64,000 nt of DNA, from contig OZ024743.1 of assembly GCA_964016885.1 (NCBI GenBank), positions 131,750,001-131,814,000 on the forward strand, written 5' to 3'. Shown piece by piece: positions 61,401-64,000 of the stretch. The notes below the pieces were generated by a model. It was given only the letters and a program-made list of their open reading frames with translations. It was not told the origin of the DNA and ran no database searches. The position numbers and the translations under genes are program-made. Numbering within the stretch: the stretch's first letter is position 1; each line of letters opens with the position of its first letter. The stretch comes from Eledone cirrhosa. Taxonomy: Eukaryota.

Positions 61401-64000
61401 ATGTTTGGGGCTTGGTGCCTGGTGCTTGGTGTTTGGTGCTTGGTGCTTGGTGCTTGGTGTTTGGTGTTTGGTGCTTGGTGCTTGGTGTTTGGTGCTTGGT
61501 GTTTGGTGCTTGGTGTTCGGTGCTTGGTGCTTGGTGCTTGGTACTTGGTGTTAGGTTTTTGGTGCTTGGGGCTTGGTGTTTGGTGTTTGGTGCTTGGTGC
61601 TTGGTGTTTGGTGTTTGGTGCTTGGTGTTTGGTGCTTGGTGCTTTGTGCTTGGTGTTTGGTGCTGGGTGTATGGTGTTTGGTGCTTGGTGCTTGGTGCTT
61701 GGTGTTTGGTGTTTGGTGCTTGGTACTTGGTGTTCGGTGTTTGATGCTTGGTGTTTGATGCTTGTTGCTTGGTGCTTGGTGTTTTGTGTTTGGTGTTTGG
61801 TGCTTGGTGTTTGGTGCTTGGTGCTTGGTGTTTGGTGCTTGGTGTTTGGTGTTTGGTGCTTGGTGTTTGTTACTTGGTGCTTGGTGCTTGGTGTTAAGTG
61901 TTTGGTGCTTGGTGCTTGGTGTTTGGTGCTTCGTGCTTGGTGCTTGGTGTCTGGTGCATGGTGCTTGGTGTTTGAGGCTTGGTGCCTGGTGCTTTGTGTT
62001 TGGTGCTAGGTGCTTGGTGCTTGGTCTTTGGTGTTTGGTGTTGGTGCTTGGTGCTTGGTGTTTGGTGCTTGGTGATTGGTGCTTGGTGCTTGGTTATTAG
62101 TGTTTGGTGCTTGGTGCTTGTGGTTTGGTGTTTGGTGCTTGGTGCTTGGTGTTTGGTGTTTGCTGTATGGTGTTTGCTGTTTCGTGTCTGGTGTTTGCTG
62201 TTTGGTGTTTAATGCTTGGTGCATGGTGTTTGGTGTTTGGTGTTTGGTGTTTGGTGTTTGGTGCTTGCTGTTTGGTGCTTGGTGCTTGGTGTTTGGTGTT
62301 TGGTGTTTGGTGCTTGGTGCTTGGTGTTTGGTGCTTGGTGCTTGGTGCTGGGTGTTTGGTGCTTGGTGCTTGGTGTTTGGTGCTTGGTGCTTGATGCTTG
62401 GTGCTTGGTGTTTGTTGTTTGGTGCTTGGTGCTTGGTGTTTGGTGCTTGGTGCTTGCTGTTTGGTGTTTGGTGTTTGGTGCTTGGTGCTTGGTCTTTGGT
62501 GTTTGGTGTTTGGTGTTTGGTGCTAGGTGCTTGGTGTTTGGTGCTTGGTGTTTGGTGCTTGGTGTTCGGTGCTTGGTGCTTGGTGCTTGGTACTTGGTGT
62601 TAGGTTTTTGGTGCTTGGGGCTTGGTGTTTGGTGTTTGGTGCTTGCTGTTTGGTGCTTGGTGCTTGGTGTTTGGTGTTTGGTGTTTGGTGCTTGGTGCTT
62701 GGTGTTTGGTGGTTGGTGCTTGGTGCTGGGTGTTTGGTGCTTGTTGCTTGCTGCTTGGTGCTTGGTGCTTGGTGCTTGGTGCTTGGTCTTTGGTGCTTGG
62801 TGTTTGGTGTTTGGTGCTTGGTGCTTGGTGTTTGGTGCTTGGGGCTTGGTGTTTGGTGCTTGGTGATTGCTGCTTGGTGTTTGGTGTTTGGTGCTTGGTG
62901 CTTGGTGCTTGGTGATTAGTGTTTGGTGCTTGGTGCTTGGTGCCTTGTGCTTGGTGCTTGGTGCTTGTTGTTTGGTGCTTGGTGCTTGGTGATTAGTGTT
63001 TGGTGCTTGGTGCTTGGTGCCTGGTGCTTGGTGCTTGTTGTTTGGTGCTTGGTGCTTGGTGATTAGTGTTTGGTGCCTGGTGCTTGGTGCTTGCTGTTTG
63101 GTGGTTGCTGTTTGGTGCTTGGTGTTTGGTGCTTGGTGCTTGGTGCTGGGTGGTTGGTGTTTGCTGCTTGGTGCTTGGTGTTTGGTGCTTGGTGCTTGGT
63201 GCTTGTTGTTTGGTGCTTGGTGCTTGGTCTTTGGTGCTTGGTGCTTGGTGTTTGGTGTTTGGTGTTTGGTGTTTCGTGCTTGGTGTCTAGTGTTTGGGTT
63301 TTGGTGTTTGGCGCTTGGTGCTTAGTGTTTGGTGTTTGGTGCTTGGTGCTTGGTGTTTGGTGTTTGGTGCTTGGTGTTTGGTGCTGGGTGCTTTGTGCTT
63401 GGTGTTTGGTGCTGGGTGTATGGTGTTTGGTGCTTGGTGCTTGGTGCTTGGTGTTTGGTGTTTGGTGCTTGGTACTTGGTGTTTGGTGTTTGATGCTTGG
63501 TGTTTGATGCTTGTTGCTTGGTGCTTGGTGTTTTGTGTTTGGTGTTTGGTGCTTGGTGTATGTACTTGGTGCTTGGTGCTTGGTGTTTGGTGCTTGGTTC
63601 TTGGTGTTTGGTGCTTGGTGCTTGGTGTTTGGTGCTTGGTGTTTGGTGTTTGGTGCTTGGTGTTTGGTACTTGGTGCTTGGTGCTTGGTGTTAAGTGTTT
63701 GGTGCTTGGTGCTTGGTGTTTGGTGCTTCGTGCTTGGTTCTTGGTGTTTGGTGCAAGGTGCTTGGTGTTTGGGGCTTGGTGCCTGGTGCTTTGTGTTTGG
63801 TGCTAGGTGCTTGGTGCTTGGTCTTTGGTGTTTGGTGCTTGGTGCTTGGTGCTTGGTGTTTGGTGCTTGGTGCTTGGTGCTTGGTTATTAGTGTTTGGTG
63901 CTTGGTGCTTGGGGTTTGGTGCTTGGTGCTTGGTGCTTGGTTATTAATGTTTGGTGCTTGGTGCTTGGGGTTTGGTGTTTGGTGCTTGGTGCTTGCTGTT
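49500..64000 (+). repeat. Domain of variable 2.4-4.4-kb higher-order repeats marked by AAGGTKC, TTGTGGT and the 6-bp monomer TTGGTG
   Basis: Offsets 4426 (49558/53984), 3979 (50977/54956), 3966 (53029/56995) and 3601 (59395/62996). AAGGT monomers lie at 53788, 57754, 60154 and 63755. TTGGTG 6-mers lie at 51250, 55229 and 62035. Confidence 0.82.
55648..60450 (+). repeat. Near-identical 2,400-bp tandem duplication (copy 1 55648-58047, copy 2 58048-60447)
   Basis: Printed 60-bp lines repeat at +2400 (e.g. 55681/58081 through 57901/60301). The 8-bp monomer TTCTGGGT lies at 56431 and 58831, and the junction TTGCTGT-TTGCTGT at 58041-58054. Confidence 0.96.

Larger units (their letters stand above)
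1..64000 (+). repeat. Simple-sequence satellite array of the 7-bp monomer TTGGTGY (TTGGTGC/TTGGTGT), about 9,150 monomers, head-to-tail, extending beyond both window edges
   Basis: Seen directly: the sequence parses into heptamers from position 6 (ttggggc ttggtgc ctggtgc tttgtgt ttggtgc taggtgc...) to the end (63965 ttggggt ttggtgt ttggtgc ttggtgc ttgctgt). I found no inversion (no RCACCAA run on the + strand) and no non-repeat insertion. Confidence 0.99.

Noticed and set aside
125-62224. Minus-strand KHQAPST/KHQTPNT-repeat ORFs resembling mucin-like or repetitive surface proteins (e.g. 2630-3820)
   Set aside because: Same artefact on the reverse strand. The ATG starts come from variants such as TGCATGG, and there is no signal peptide, non-repetitive region or sign of codon-level constraint.
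1686-63565. Recurring landmark motifs separated by variable segments, superficially like a CRISPR or cassette array
   Set aside because: The intervening DNA is the same heptamer rather than unique spacers. Spacing ranges from 13 to 3660 bp, and there are no cas, recombinase or reverse-transcriptase genes.
13-63891. Hundreds of + strand ORFs (VLGAWCL repeats, up to 454 aa, e.g. 2703-4067 and 39713-41071) resembling hydrophobic Cys/Trp-rich proteins
   Set aside because: (TTGGTGY)n has no stop codon in any frame, and all three frames give the same 7-aa rotation. Starts are mostly TTG/GTG from the monomer, ORFs overlap in all frames, and there is no unique domain. The -1 monomers and whole-heptamer indels do not preserve frame.
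1-64000. Similarity to cyanobacterial STRR heptamers (e.g. TTKGTCA) and other bacterial intergenic heptamer repeats
   Set aside because: The motif differs, and those repeats form short tracts between or within genes. A gene-free array of at least 64 kb with higher-order structure does not fit.
1-64000. Resemblance of the reverse-strand rotation AAACACC to Drosophila virilis-group 7-bp satellites (AAACTAC, AAACAAC)
   Set aside because: The motifs are not identical, and the co-dominant AAGCACC form is further away. One or two mismatches in 7 bp is no evidence of homology, so no taxonomic call is made.
1-64000. Pure sequencing artefact or synthetic low-complexity sequence
   Set aside because: Rare variants recur at exact offsets with a consistent nested history and closed phase arithmetic, which random error would not produce. 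Individual near-identical duplications still need read validation.

Overview
The whole 64-kb window is one uninterrupted, single-orientation satellite array of a 7-bp monomer, TTGGTGY (TTGGTGC/TTGGTGT; reverse strand RCACCAA), about 9,150 monomers. I see no genes, RNA genes, transposon fragments, CRISPR spacers or unique DNA. All listed ORFs are by-products of a stop-free heptamer (7-aa period: VLGAWCL on +, KHQAPST on -). The information lies in the order of variant monomers. (1) A roughly 0.65-kb string of rare monomers recurs throughout the array. (2) Only three kinds of length-variant monomer are needed to explain every register shift I tracked: 55 x ATGTAC, 3 x TTGGTG and 2 x TTCTGGGT. 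(3) These markers show nested higher-order repeats: near-identical tandem duplications of 8,469, 2,587 and 2,400 bp, older ones of about 5.4, 5.3-6.2, 4.0 and 2.7 kb, and small ones of 13-385 bp. (4) Some diagnostic variants are confined to sub-domains of the array. This architecture resembles eukaryotic heterochromatic (centromeric, pericentromeric or subtelomeric) satellite DNA that evolves by recombination. The organism and function cannot be determined from the sequence. Counts and boundaries were read by eye and should be confirmed computationally.
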